From: Candidatus Cryptobacteroides sp.
GTDB lineage: Bacteria; Bacteroidota; Bacteroidia; Bacteroidales; UBA932
DNA: 64,000 nt
Direction: 5' to 3'
NCBI GenBank assembly: GCA_045644485.1
Contig: JAZRGY010000083.1
Coordinates: 10,313 to 74,312 of the forward strand
Shown here piece by piece: positions 31,397 to 40,913 of this stretch. Below the pieces are notes generated by a model that did no database searches, was not told where the DNA came from, and saw only the letters and a list, made by a program, of their open reading frames with translations. The number at the start of each line of letters is the position of its first letter. The first letter of the stretch is position 1. The position numbers and the translations under genes were made by a program.

Positions 31397-32614
31397 TTAC
31401 TTGATCTCACCTTTTCCCTTAGTGAAGTTGAGATAGAGTTTCTCACCCTTGGCTCCGCTTACACGATCCTGGTCTCCATTTGTACCACGGTACTCGATCT
31501 TGCCGCCGAATATCATGAACTCGGTCTTCCACCAGTCATATCCAGGAATACTTACGCATGCACGCACACCTGGATCACCGTTTACATCTGCCGCAAATGC
31601 TGGAGAAACAAACTCACCCTCTGCATCAGCAGGAACGGTAAACAGATTTTCAGGAACAGTCTTCCAGTCTGTCTGTCCTACGATTGCACCGATAAGGTAA
31701 ACCTCCGGCTTGTTGATCTGGAACTTATAGATGATGTCACGTCCTTCAACTGTGAGTTCTGCAACAACAAGGTACCAACCTGCTTTTGTAACAGCCATGT
31801 TGCCGCCGTCTTCCTTAAGACCGGCACCTGCATTGTCCACATATGTGTAAAGCGGATCATCGTTTACATATCCGACCTCGCCGCCGTCCCATGCCTTGTT
31901 GCTGTTCACCTTGAATCCTCCTTCCGGAAGGTAGATAAGTCTCCAGAAAGCACCTGTCTTACCCTTACCGTCAGTAGCATTGCCATTTACAGGAATGAAA
32001 TCAAATGCTGAGTCCCAGTCCCATTTGTTATACTCACCTACGATAAAGAACTCCTTCGGTACGAAAACTTCAGGGAGTTGGTATGGACAACGGATGCTTG
32101 CGATCGAAACCGGATTGGATACGATCTCACCCTTTTTGCTGGCAGTCAGAGACGCAACCACACGGATAGTTGCAGAAGTCTCATATGGGAACTTAGCCTT
32201 CATCTGATCCTCAGTGATGTCCTTGTCTTCCGCTACGAGATCTACCATCTTGAGTTGTGTAAGAGCAATTGCAATCTCCGAAGCAGGAACATTGATTCTT
32301 GCAGAAGAGAATTCAGTATCTAAGGTCACATAGTCTCCTGTAACCTGCTTTTCGTTGAACTCCTGTGTGAAATTACCGTCCTTAGATACCTGTACCTTAT
32401 ATGTAGTTGCGGCAGTAAAGCCGTAATCAGGCTGAGATACAGCGATTTCAATCGACTCTGAACTTGCAAGGTCGATGAAATTGTTCTTGAGAACCGGTTC
32501 GTTCAGAACGAACTTTGTCGGCTCCTGGAACACCGGTGTCGCATCCTGATCCTCACAAGCAGAGAATGCAAGGGCACCGATAAGTAAAGATGCTATAATG
32601 TAAAATCTTTTCAT
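31397..32614 (-). CDS. susE: SusE-like starch-binding outer-membrane lipoprotein
   Basis: FSAC lipobox, SQPDYG SusE N-domain and C-terminal DWWKTEF motif. Confidence 0.82.
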   Translation of the reverse strand: MKRFYIIASLLIGALAFSACEDQDATPVFQEPTKFVLNEPVLKNNFIDLASSESIEIAVSQPDYGFTAATTYKVQVSKDGNFTQEFNEKQVTGDYVTLDTEFSSARINVPASEIAIALTQLKMVDLVAEDKDITEDQMKAKFPYETSATIRVVASLTASKKGEIVSNPVSIASIRCPYQLPEVFVPKEFFIVGEYNKWDWDSAFDFIPVNGNATDGKGKTGAFWRLIYLPEGGFKVNSNKAWDGGEVGYVNDDPLYTYVDNAGAGLKEDGGNMAVTKAGWYLVVAELTVEGRDIIYKFQINKPEVYLIGAIVGQTDWKTVPENLFTVPADAEGEFVSPAFAADVNGDPGVRACVSIPGYDWWKTEFMIFGGKIEYRGTNGDQDRVSGAKGEKLYLNFTKGKGEIK

Positions 32615-32632
32615 CTTGAATAATCTTAACTA

Positions 32633-34240
32633 TTAATAACCCTTGTTCTGAACGAGGTTAGAGTTTGCGTTCTTGTCATTTTCCGGAATAGGGAAAAGGT
32701 TCAGATGATCGCTTACAGCCTTACCAGCCTTGGCACCACCTTTCCACTGCCAGAGATAATCAGCAGTAGTGAACTTACCGAAGCGGATAAGGTCTGAACG
32801 ACGCCATCCCTCAAGAGCAAGTTCGCGGGCACGCTCGTCAAGAACATTATCAAGAGTGTATTCTGACACTGCAGAAAGGCCTGCACGTTGACGGACTGCA
32901 TTGTATGCAGCAAGGCCGTCCACACCCTCAGCACCACGTACAGCACACTCCGCCTTCATAAGAAGGGCATCGGCATAACGGAATACAGGGAAGTCTGTGT
33001 TCACGAAACCAGGGTTGGTATAGGTAACCTCTCCTGTCTTCTCATCCTTATTCGCTGTCTGGTTAGGAATCTTACCCTCGCTTGTCACGTTCTTGAACTT
33101 GAGGAATGCATAACCATTGGAGAATGTTCCGATGTCATCTATCTCCGCCTGATGATCCTTGGTATAGAATATCTTACGAGCATCGTTATCAGAGAACTTC
33201 TTGTAGAAGTCAGGCGTTGTACGAAGACCACCCCATCCGGAAGAGATACCCACTTCGTCAGTGTTCATCTTACCTCCTGTACAAGCGAAGATGAGATAGT
33301 TTGTCACACCGTAACTCTGTACATTTACACCATCCTGCTCAACAGCCCAGATGATTTCCTCGGTACACTTATGGTTGTCAGCAAGGAAGAGGTCCTGGAA
33401 TGCAGAGAACTTTGCTCCGTTTGGAGTTGTATGGAGACTGTATGCGGCATCAACAACCTTGAGAGCCTCTACACACTCGTCATACTTCTTCGCACCGATA
33501 TAAACCTCAGCATTGAGATAGAGTTTTGCAAGAATCATTGCAGCGACACCCTTGTTCATACGGCCGTACTCACCCTGACCTGCTGCTGTAAACTTGGCAT
33601 CAGCAAGAAGTTCCTTAAGTTCGGTCTCGATATATGTAAAGAGATCCGCACGTGAAATCTGCTTAGGAAGATATGTACCTATAGGAGAAGTCTCGTCAGC
33701 AAACGGCACGTTTCCGTAGTTGTCAAGAGCCTCAAGCCAGCAGAATGCACGGATAGTACGAGCCTCTGCTCTCCAGAGATCTGCATCAGGAAGTTCGATC
33801 GTAGCGGTGTTCAACTTGCGGAGGAACTCGTTGACTGCAGATATCTGATAGAATATACGATAGTAGAATGCTGCCACGAACACGTCTGTAGTAGTCCATG
33901 CAAGACCATGGAGGTCCTGGAGAGTCTGGTCATTCCATCCGCAGATTGCCTCGTCTGTTGTAAGACCGTTGAGGTGGTAGCGACCACGGAAGTACTGGCT
34001 GAAACCACCGTCGATTCCGGAAATGTTGTTGTTTCCATTAGGACCATATGATCCTGAATGTGAGAAACCTGCATAGCACTGTGCGAGGAGTTCGAAATAG
34101 TCCTCTGAAGTCTTGAGTGCTGCATTTGCAGTATTCAAAGATGGGTCGATAGGAGTAACGTTGAGGTCTCCCACACAAGCATTGAGACCAAGCGCTACAA
34201 CTACAGCACCGATAATATATTTCAATGTTTTCATATTCAC
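32633..34240 (-). CDS. susD: SusD starch-binding lipoprotein
   Basis: LNAC lipobox, IDGGFSQY, AEARTIRA, QSYG, GWGGLR, ERARELALEG and QNKGY. Confidence 0.94.
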   Translation of the reverse strand: MNMKTLKYIIGAVVVALGLNACVGDLNVTPIDPSLNTANAALKTSEDYFELLAQCYAGFSHSGSYGPNGNNNISGIDGGFSQYFRGRYHLNGLTTDEAICGWNDQTLQDLHGLAWTTTDVFVAAFYYRIFYQISAVNEFLRKLNTATIELPDADLWRAEARTIRAFCWLEALDNYGNVPFADETSPIGTYLPKQISRADLFTYIETELKELLADAKFTAAGQGEYGRMNKGVAAMILAKLYLNAEVYIGAKKYDECVEALKVVDAAYSLHTTPNGAKFSAFQDLFLADNHKCTEEIIWAVEQDGVNVQSYGVTNYLIFACTGGKMNTDEVGISSGWGGLRTTPDFYKKFSDNDARKIFYTKDHQAEIDDIGTFSNGYAFLKFKNVTSEGKIPNQTANKDEKTGEVTYTNPGFVNTDFPVFRYADALLMKAECAVRGAEGVDGLAAYNAVRQRAGLSAVSEYTLDNVLDERARELALEGWRRSDLIRFGKFTTADYLWQWKGGAKAGKAVSDHLNLFPIPENDKNANSNLVQNKGY

Positions 34241-34251
34241 TTTCCCTGTTG

Positions 34252-37248
34252 TTAGAAGTTAAGTTTCAGACCAAGTACGTATGTTCTTGGACGTGGGTAA
34301 AGATTGTTGTCAATACCGCCATAAACCTCTGGGTCGAGACCGTCATACTTAGTGAATGTGCATACATTCTGTACGGTAGCGAAGATGTTGAGGCCCATTG
34401 CACGGTCAAGTTTGGCAGACTTGAAGATCTGTGGGAATGTATATCCAAGAGTGATGTTGTCAATCTTGAAGAATGAAGCATCCCTTACATAGTAGTCTGA
34501 AGTATACTGCGCTTTCTTGAAAAGTGAGAATGCGGCAGAACTGAGGCGGTTGCTGTTGAAACTGTTTGTCCAGCAGTCAGCGATCATTTCACCGTCAGAA
34601 GCAACGTTGTTGTAAACCCAGTTACCGATGCTTCCGTGTCCTGATGCAGCGAGAGTCCAGTTCTTGTATGTGAGTGTAGTATTCACACCAAGTGTAACAT
34701 CTGCAGCAGGCTTGTGGTAGAAGTAACGGTCGTCAGCAGTGATCTTACCATCACCGTCGCGGTCTACATACTCGCCTTCGATAGGATGGCCTGACTTGTC
34801 ATATACCTGCTCCCACACATAGAACGCACTTACAGGGAAACCGACCTGATGCATCTGGATAGTGTTACCCACACCACCTGAAATACCACCTGTCGCAACA
34901 CCAGTCTTGTCGTTTGGAGATGCTGTCAGTTTAGTGAACTTGGTAGCATTGTATGCTACGTTTCCCCCGAGTGACCATGTCCAGTTGCTTCTGTCGATCA
35001 CCATTGCATTGAACTCATACTCGATACCCTTGCTCTCGAGGTTACCGATATTTACGTTGAGGTAGTTTGTAAGGTTACCGAGAGCCGCTACAGGGATGTA
35101 GTTGATAAGGTCAGAAACCTCTCTATGGTAAGCGTCCACAGCCATTGTGATACGGTCGTTGAGGAAACCGAAATCGAGACCGATGTTTGCTGTTGTAGTA
35201 GTCTCCCATCTGAGGTCGGTATTATATCCGATTGCTGTGATAGGCTTTACAAGAGTACCGCCGAAGAAATAATAACTTCCGAGGTCATTGTTGTAGAATG
35301 TAGGCTGAGACTCATAACGTCCCACAACATCCTGGTTACCTGTCTGTCCCCATGAGAGACGGAGTTTCAATGTTGTAAGAGTCTCGTTACCCTTGAGGAA
35401 GCCTTCGTTGGCGATGTTCCAACCGAGAGCAACCGATGGGAAGAGGCCCCACTTGTTGTCGATGAATTTTGAAGAACCGTCACGACGGATAGTCGCTGTG
35501 ATCATATAACGGTTGTCATATGAATAGTTTACACGACCGAAGAATGAAACGAGATACAACTCTGACTTAGGAGTCTTATACTCTGCGAGAACCTTTCCGT
35601 CGCTGAGTTTGTTAGAGAAGTTTGAAGACTCGTTGTAGAAGTGCTGCCAAGAATAACCTGCCATTGCATCGATATGGTTCTTTCCGAAATCCTTTGCATA
35701 TGCAAGGTAAGCCTCGAGGGTGGTGTCCATACGCTTGTATGTGTATTCGCTATGGTATCCAGAACCTGACTGCTGAGTGTCATGAACAGACTGCTCTGCA
35801 CCTACAGGAACCTCTGCATATCCGCCAGATGAAGCGAAGTCCATACCGAGGTTGAGGTTGAATCTAAGGTCCTCGAAACCATGGAACTTGTAATCGAACT
35901 GTGCATTACCGATGAAACGGTTTGCCTTAGACTCGTCTTTCTTGTCATAAAGAAGGGCAACAGGGTTCATTGTAGCCATTGTGTTGACCTTTCCTGCCTC
36001 ATCACGCCATACAGTATAACCATTGAGACCCTTCTCAGATGCGTCGTATACAGGAAGAGTAGGGTTCATGCGGTTTGCCGCTCCGATCGCTCCCTGGTTT
36101 GCAAAACGGCTTGCAGAGAATACACCCTTACCGTTAAGGTTGAGAGTAAGGTGATTGTCAAAGAACGATGGTGAGAGATTTACCGAATAAGTCGCACGGT
36201 CCATGTGGTCTGTCTTGAGGACACCGTCCTGTGAAAGGAAGCCGGCAGAAACACGCCAAGGAAGAATACCTGCGTTGCCGAGGTTCACACGGCCGGCGAG
36301 GCTAAGGTTACCCTCGTATGCAGGAGCGATCTGATAGATCTCCTTCTGCCAGTCTGTGTCAGCAGTACCCATGGCATTCATAGCCTCAGCCTTGATATTT
36401 CCTGCATCCACCTGTGACTGTACGAAAGCCTTGTATTCAGAAGCGTTCATCACGTCAACATAGTTCGCCACCTGAGAAACAGAAGTCTGGAAGTTGAAGT
36501 TGATCTGAGGAACGCCGCTCATTGTCTTTGCACCCTTCTTGGTTGTGATCACGATGACACCGTTAGATGCACGTGAACCATAGATCGCTGTTGCAGAAGC
36601 ATCCTTGAGTACTGAGAATGACTCGATATCGTTAGGGTTGATAGACGAAAGCACGTCACCCATACCGCTGATACCGTCGTTGCTTACAGGAAGACCGTCA
36701 ACGATGATGAGAGGGTCTGAACTGATCATTGAAGACTCACCACGGATACGGATCTTTGCACCAGCACCTGGCTGACCGCTGCCCGGAGTCACAACAACAC
36801 CCGCAGACTTACCTTTGAGGAGGTCTGTAGGAGAAGAAATCATACCCTTGTTGATCTCGTCAGCCTTCACTGTGCCGACCGATCCTGTCATGTCACCCTT
36901 CTTTACTGTACCGTAACCGATGACAACGACCTCGTCAAGGAACTCTGTATCCTCGCCAAGAGTAACTGTTGCAGGCACCTGAGATGCCACGAAAGTCTGT
37001 GATGCATAACCGATGCAACTGATCTCTACAATTGCGTCAGCGCTGGAAACTGTAAGGACGTAGTCGCCGTCAAGACCGGATGAAGTACCGTTTGTGGTAC
37101 CCTGCTCGATGATTGTAGCACCGATTACCGGACCGATTGCGTCAACAACTACTCCTTTCACCTCGTATCCGCTCTGAGCGAATACATTTGCCCCTCCCAA
37201 CAGGAGTGTTGCGACAAGGGCAACGCATAGCGTCTTGATCTTATTCAT
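34252..37248 (-). CDS. susC: SusC TonB-dependent maltooligosaccharide transporter
   Basis: LDEVVVIGYG, KDASATAIYGSRASNGVIVITTKKG and YPRPRTYVLGLKLNF. Confidence 0.96.
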   Translation of the reverse strand: MNKIKTLCVALVATLLLGGANVFAQSGYEVKGVVVDAIGPVIGATIIEQGTTNGTSSGLDGDYVLTVSSADAIVEISCIGYASQTFVASQVPATVTLGEDTEFLDEVVVIGYGTVKKGDMTGSVGTVKADEINKGMISSPTDLLKGKSAGVVVTPGSGQPGAGAKIRIRGESSMISSDPLIIVDGLPVSNDGISGMGDVLSSINPNDIESFSVLKDASATAIYGSRASNGVIVITTKKGAKTMSGVPQINFNFQTSVSQVANYVDVMNASEYKAFVQSQVDAGNIKAEAMNAMGTADTDWQKEIYQIAPAYEGNLSLAGRVNLGNAGILPWRVSAGFLSQDGVLKTDHMDRATYSVNLSPSFFDNHLTLNLNGKGVFSASRFANQGAIGAANRMNPTLPVYDASEKGLNGYTVWRDEAGKVNTMATMNPVALLYDKKDESKANRFIGNAQFDYKFHGFEDLRFNLNLGMDFASSGGYAEVPVGAEQSVHDTQQSGSGYHSEYTYKRMDTTLEAYLAYAKDFGKNHIDAMAGYSWQHFYNESSNFSNKLSDGKVLAEYKTPKSELYLVSFFGRVNYSYDNRYMITATIRRDGSSKFIDNKWGLFPSVALGWNIANEGFLKGNETLTTLKLRLSWGQTGNQDVVGRYESQPTFYNNDLGSYYFFGGTLVKPITAIGYNTDLRWETTTTANIGLDFGFLNDRITMAVDAYHREVSDLINYIPVAALGNLTNYLNVNIGNLESKGIEYEFNAMVIDRSNWTWSLGGNVAYNATKFTKLTASPNDKTGVATGGISGGVGNTIQMHQVGFPVSAFYVWEQVYDKSGHPIEGEYVDRDGDGKITADDRYFYHKPAADVTLGVNTTLTYKNWTLAASGHGSIGNWVYNNVASDGEMIADCWTNSFNSNRLSSAAFSLFKKAQYTSDYYVRDASFFKIDNITLGYTFPQIFKSAKLDRAMGLNIFATVQNVCTFTKYDGLDPEVYGGIDNNLYPRPRTYVLGLKLNF

Positions 37249-37317
37249 AAGAACTTTTTTTGGTTAGTAGATTGTTTATTGTTGAACTATTATAATATTC
37301 AGTATGCTGAATCTGAT

Positions 37318-38622
37318 TTATTTCTCCTTCACGAAACGCACAGCAAGAGCACCAAGCACCAGGAGTACTCCCGCTACGAGGAACATGCTTACCTGCGCAC
37401 CTCCGACAAGTTTGAGGACAAATCCTCCGCATGCAGCGGCAGCGATCTGCGGAAGGCAGATGGTTCCGTTGAACAGACCGAGGTATGTTCCTATATGTTC
37501 GCCAGAAAGCGAGTTGGTAAGGAGGGTGAAAGGAACCGCCAGCATTGCCGCCCAAGCCACACCTATAAGAAGGAATGAGATAAAGAGGAGATACTGGTCA
37601 TGGATGAAGAACACGGATGCGAAGCCGACGGCACCGATAAGGAGGCTGACAACGTATGCGGTCTTGATGTTTCTGAACTTAGGGATCACAAGAGCCCAGA
37701 GAACAGAACCGATAGCCTGCACGGCGAAGAGGATACCCACCCAGTTTCCGGCAGTCTGATAGCCTTCTGAAGCAACGTCAGTCGTTCCCCATACGGTATC
37801 AGCGATGGCACCGTTAGTATATGTCCACATGTAGAGGAACGCAGCCCAGCAGAAGAACTGTACAAGACCTACTGTCCAGAATGTGTTTGGAGCCTGCTTG
37901 AGAAGAGTGAACATTCCAGGGCCCTTGTCACCTTCGGTCTTCTTCGAAAGGTCGATTCCATGGAAGTCCGCATACTCCTTCGGCGGCATCTCCTTCACCT
38001 TGAATGTTGTGAAGAGAACACAGAGGATGAGGATTGCAGAACCGATGTAGAATGCATATTTCACAGTATCAGGAACCTGTCCTTCCGGCGCGGTATTGGC
38101 GATTCCAAGCCATGCGAAGATGAACGGGAACACATATCCCACAAGGCTTCCGGCGTTGCAGAGGAAACTCTGGATCGAATAAGCCTGAGCCTTCTGGTTC
38201 TCTCCCACCATATCTCCCACAAGCATCTTGAACGGCTGCATCGCCACGTTGATCGAGGTATCAAGAAGCATCAGGGACACAAGACCGAAGATCATTGCAC
38301 CTCCGACAGCAAGGCCGAAGTTTCCTGCATTAGGAAGCATGCACATCACGAGGATGGCGATGATCGATCCGAGAAAAAGATAAGGAATACGACGTCCCAG
38401 ACGGGTCCATGTCCTGTCGCTGTATTTTCCTACAAGAGGCTGAACGATCAGTCCCATGAGCGGAGGAAGTATCCAGAAGAAACTCAGGTCATGAGGGTCA
38501 GCACCCAGTGTGGCAAAAATACGGCTGATGTTGGCGTTCTGAAGGGAGTATGCAATCTGGACTCCGAAGAATCCGAAACTGATGTTCCACATCTGCCAGA
38601 ATGTAAGTTTCGTTTTTTGCAT
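37318..38622 (-). CDS. MFS maltose/maltooligosaccharide transporter (SLC45/MalT-like)
   Basis: FWQMWNISFGFFGVQ, SDRTWTRLGRRIPY, VQFFCW and YLGLFNGTICLPQI; head of the starch PUL. Confidence 0.88.
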   Translation of the reverse strand: MQKTKLTFWQMWNISFGFFGVQIAYSLQNANISRIFATLGADPHDLSFFWILPPLMGLIVQPLVGKYSDRTWTRLGRRIPYLFLGSIIAILVMCMLPNAGNFGLAVGGAMIFGLVSLMLLDTSINVAMQPFKMLVGDMVGENQKAQAYSIQSFLCNAGSLVGYVFPFIFAWLGIANTAPEGQVPDTVKYAFYIGSAILILCVLFTTFKVKEMPPKEYADFHGIDLSKKTEGDKGPGMFTLLKQAPNTFWTVGLVQFFCWAAFLYMWTYTNGAIADTVWGTTDVASEGYQTAGNWVGILFAVQAIGSVLWALVIPKFRNIKTAYVVSLLIGAVGFASVFFIHDQYLLFISFLLIGVAWAAMLAVPFTLLTNSLSGEHIGTYLGLFNGTICLPQIAAAACGGFVLKLVGGAQVSMFLVAGVLLVLGALAVRFVKEK

Positions 38623-38707
38623 TTTTTACGTGTTTTGGTTATTGTTTATCACGATTTTACAAGTCCACGAAAATAAAAATAAACTTCTATACCATTATTA
38701 TGCAAAA

Positions 38708-38751
38708 GACGAACTGTCCGAAGAAGGGGATGAACGGTTGGATTTTCAAGA
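38708..38751 (-). promoter_or_regulatory. tandem LytTR-type operator upstream of the MFS-susC-susD-susE-susF-amylase operon
   Basis: Minus strand CCGTTCATC-N12-CAGTTCGTC (38729-38737, 38708-38716), plus GGATTTTCAAGA. Confidence 0.75.
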
Positions 38752-38797
38752 TGAAATCACTAACTTCGTTCCGGTTTTTCTATTGAATATTCAAGAA

Positions 38798-40144
38798 ATG
38801 AAATCTTTAGGACTGTCCTGGATCATACACATTTTCGCCCTGCTCCATGCTGGAGTAGCATTGGGGTGCCGTCTTGCCGGCATTGATGACCAGTTGTTCC
38901 TGACCATACTTACAATGGCCCTGGCCCTGATAATCTGTCTGAAGAAAGGGTTGAAGATAGAGTTTACAGCCATCATCATCATCGTAGTGAACATTCTCGG
39001 CTTCCTTTTGGGAACCTTCGGAGCAAATGTCCTTCAATCATTCATACATTCTGAGTATGCTGTACATCCGCTCTCCACATTGGTGACTACAGAAATCCTG
39101 GGATGGTGCATCGTTGCGATGACGAATATATTCGGAAACAAGGAAGATAACATCAGTTTCCGAAAATCACCTTACATGAAGTGGCTTCTGCTTATAGCCG
39201 CCGGCATCTTCGCCTTGAGGCTTCTCATTGTCCTGGGTTTTTCAAAAACTCCGATCGGGCATGACCTGGTCTTCGAAGTGGTCAGAAAGGTCATGACGAA
39301 CATGTTTTCCCTCGTCATTCTCATCTGTGTCAACATCCTGTTTGTCAGGTCCTTAGCCACAAGAAAACAGAATACATCAATATTCAGTACTGTAATCATC
39401 TATATAATCTTCATGGTTATGGCTGCTCTTCTCGAAACATTCCTTGTCGGATTGGGAGAAGAGAGTTTCCAACTTCTTTTCATTGTCTCTGTCATAGTGC
39501 AGATCACAGTCTACTGCATCATCCATATTATAAACTATGCCATCACCACCCGCATCGAGATGCAGAACGAAAGGGAAAAGGCAAACATGGCTCAGTACAG
39601 ATACCTCAAACTCAAGAGACAGGTAAACCCCCACTTCCTTTTCAATTCCCTGAACATCCTCGACTGTCTGATCTGCGAAGAGAAGTCCGAACAGGCAAGC
39701 GTCTATACCCATAAACTCGCTGGCATATACAGATACATGCTCAAGAGCGAAGACGAGGAAGTCGTCCCTCTCAGAGACGAGATGGTATTTGTCAGACTGT
39801 ACATAGACCTCCTGAAAGTACGCTTCCCCGAAGGATTCGATGTGGTCATCGATGTTCCGGAAGACAGACTGGCCCATTTTGTGCCTCCATGTTCGATCCA
39901 ACTGCTCATCGAGAATGCAACCAAGCACAATGCAGTGAGTGCAGACAATCCGCTTACTGTCAAAGTGGAGGCATCCGGAGACCAGATCAGTGTATGCAAC
40001 AACATAGTGCCTAAGGTGACTAAAAGCACATCGACCGGATTAGGACAACAGTACATCAGACAACTGTACATGGACCTGTCCGGAAAACAGATAGAAATAA
40101 AGCAAAGTGAGACATCTTATTGTGTAACCTTACCATTGTTATAA
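38798..40144 (+). CDS. LytS/YehU-family membrane sensor histidine kinase
   Basis: About 8 transmembrane segments, then LKRQVNPHFLFNSLN H-box, LIENATKHN and STGLG. Start moved to MKSLG (38798), because the track start overlaps the MFS gene. Confidence 0.9.
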   Translation: MKSLGLSWIIHIFALLHAGVALGCRLAGIDDQLFLTILTMALALIICLKKGLKIEFTAIIIIVVNILGFLLGTFGANVLQSFIHSEYAVHPLSTLVTTEILGWCIVAMTNIFGNKEDNISFRKSPYMKWLLLIAAGIFALRLLIVLGFSKTPIGHDLVFEVVRKVMTNMFSLVILICVNILFVRSLATRKQNTSIFSTVIIYIIFMVMAALLETFLVGLGEESFQLLFIVSVIVQITVYCIIHIINYAITTRIEMQNEREKANMAQYRYLKLKRQVNPHFLFNSLNILDCLICEEKSEQASVYTHKLAGIYRYMLKSEDEEVVPLRDEMVFVRLYIDLLKVRFPEGFDVVIDVPEDRLAHFVPPCSIQLLIENATKHNAVSADNPLTVKVEASGDQISVCNNIVPKVTKSTSTGLGQQYIRQLYMDLSGKQIEIKQSETSYCVTLPLL

Positions 40145-40147
40145 CTT

Positions 40148-40912
40148 ATGGCTATGAAAGTACTGATAGTGGAAGACGAGATGATGGCACAGAAAAGCCT
40201 CATCAGGACCCTCGCCCAGAACTTCCCGGACATGGAAATCGAAGGAACCACCGGCTCGGTCAGGAACACGGTGGAATGGTTGAAGACCCCGGGGAACCAT
40301 GCCGATATCATATTCATGGACGTGGAACTGTCAGACGGAGAATGTTTCGAGATTTTCCGCCAATGCGATGTCAAGGCAAAGGTGATAATGACCACAGCAT
40401 ACGACAGTTATGCAATAAAGGCCTTCGAAGCAGGAAGTATAGATTATCTTCTCAAGCCAATAGATCTGTCTGCCCTCAAAAGGGCCGTCGCGCGCTGCCG
40501 GATGAGCGGAGGCGGCATCGATGTAGAATCTCTCCTGAAGGCTATCGGAGGCAGCAATGATTCCAAGAAGACATACAAGGAGAGGTATATCATAAGATTC
40601 AATGACAGGATTGTCCCTGTCATGACGGAGGATATCGCCTACATATATTCTGAAGAAAAGACCAATTATCTGGTCACCTTCGGTGGAGACAGATACATCC
40701 TTGACTCATCTCTGGACGTCATGATGGACGAACTTGATCCGGAAAAATTCTTCAGGATATCACGAGGATGCATCATCTCGATGAAGGCCATAACCAGCAT
40801 CATAAAGCAGGCTGGAAGCCGTCTTAAGATAGAATCTGATCCGGAGGCTCCTTTCGAGATGACGGTAAGCCGATCCAGGGTCGATGATTTTCTTGAGTGG
40901 ATCGAAAGATAG
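40148..40912 (+). CDS. LytTR-family response regulator
   Basis: IVEDE, FMDVEL, TTAYD and DYLLKP receiver domain; FFRISRGCII and VSRSR LytTR domain. Confidence 0.94.
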   Translation: MAMKVLIVEDEMMAQKSLIRTLAQNFPDMEIEGTTGSVRNTVEWLKTPGNHADIIFMDVELSDGECFEIFRQCDVKAKVIMTTAYDSYAIKAFEAGSIDYLLKPIDLSALKRAVARCRMSGGGIDVESLLKAIGGSNDSKKTYKERYIIRFNDRIVPVMTEDIAYIYSEEKTNYLVTFGGDRYILDSSLDVMMDELDPEKFFRISRGCIISMKAITSIIKQAGSRLKIESDPEAPFEMTVSRSRVDDFLEWIER

Positions 40913-40913
40913 G

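Noticed and set aside
38582-38797. Long N-terminal extensions in the ORF track (kinase 38582, also 582, 4862, 10173, 48737, 60449)
   Set aside because: Most run through promoter elements or neighbouring genes, and downstream ATGs give proper signal peptides or family-typical N-termini.
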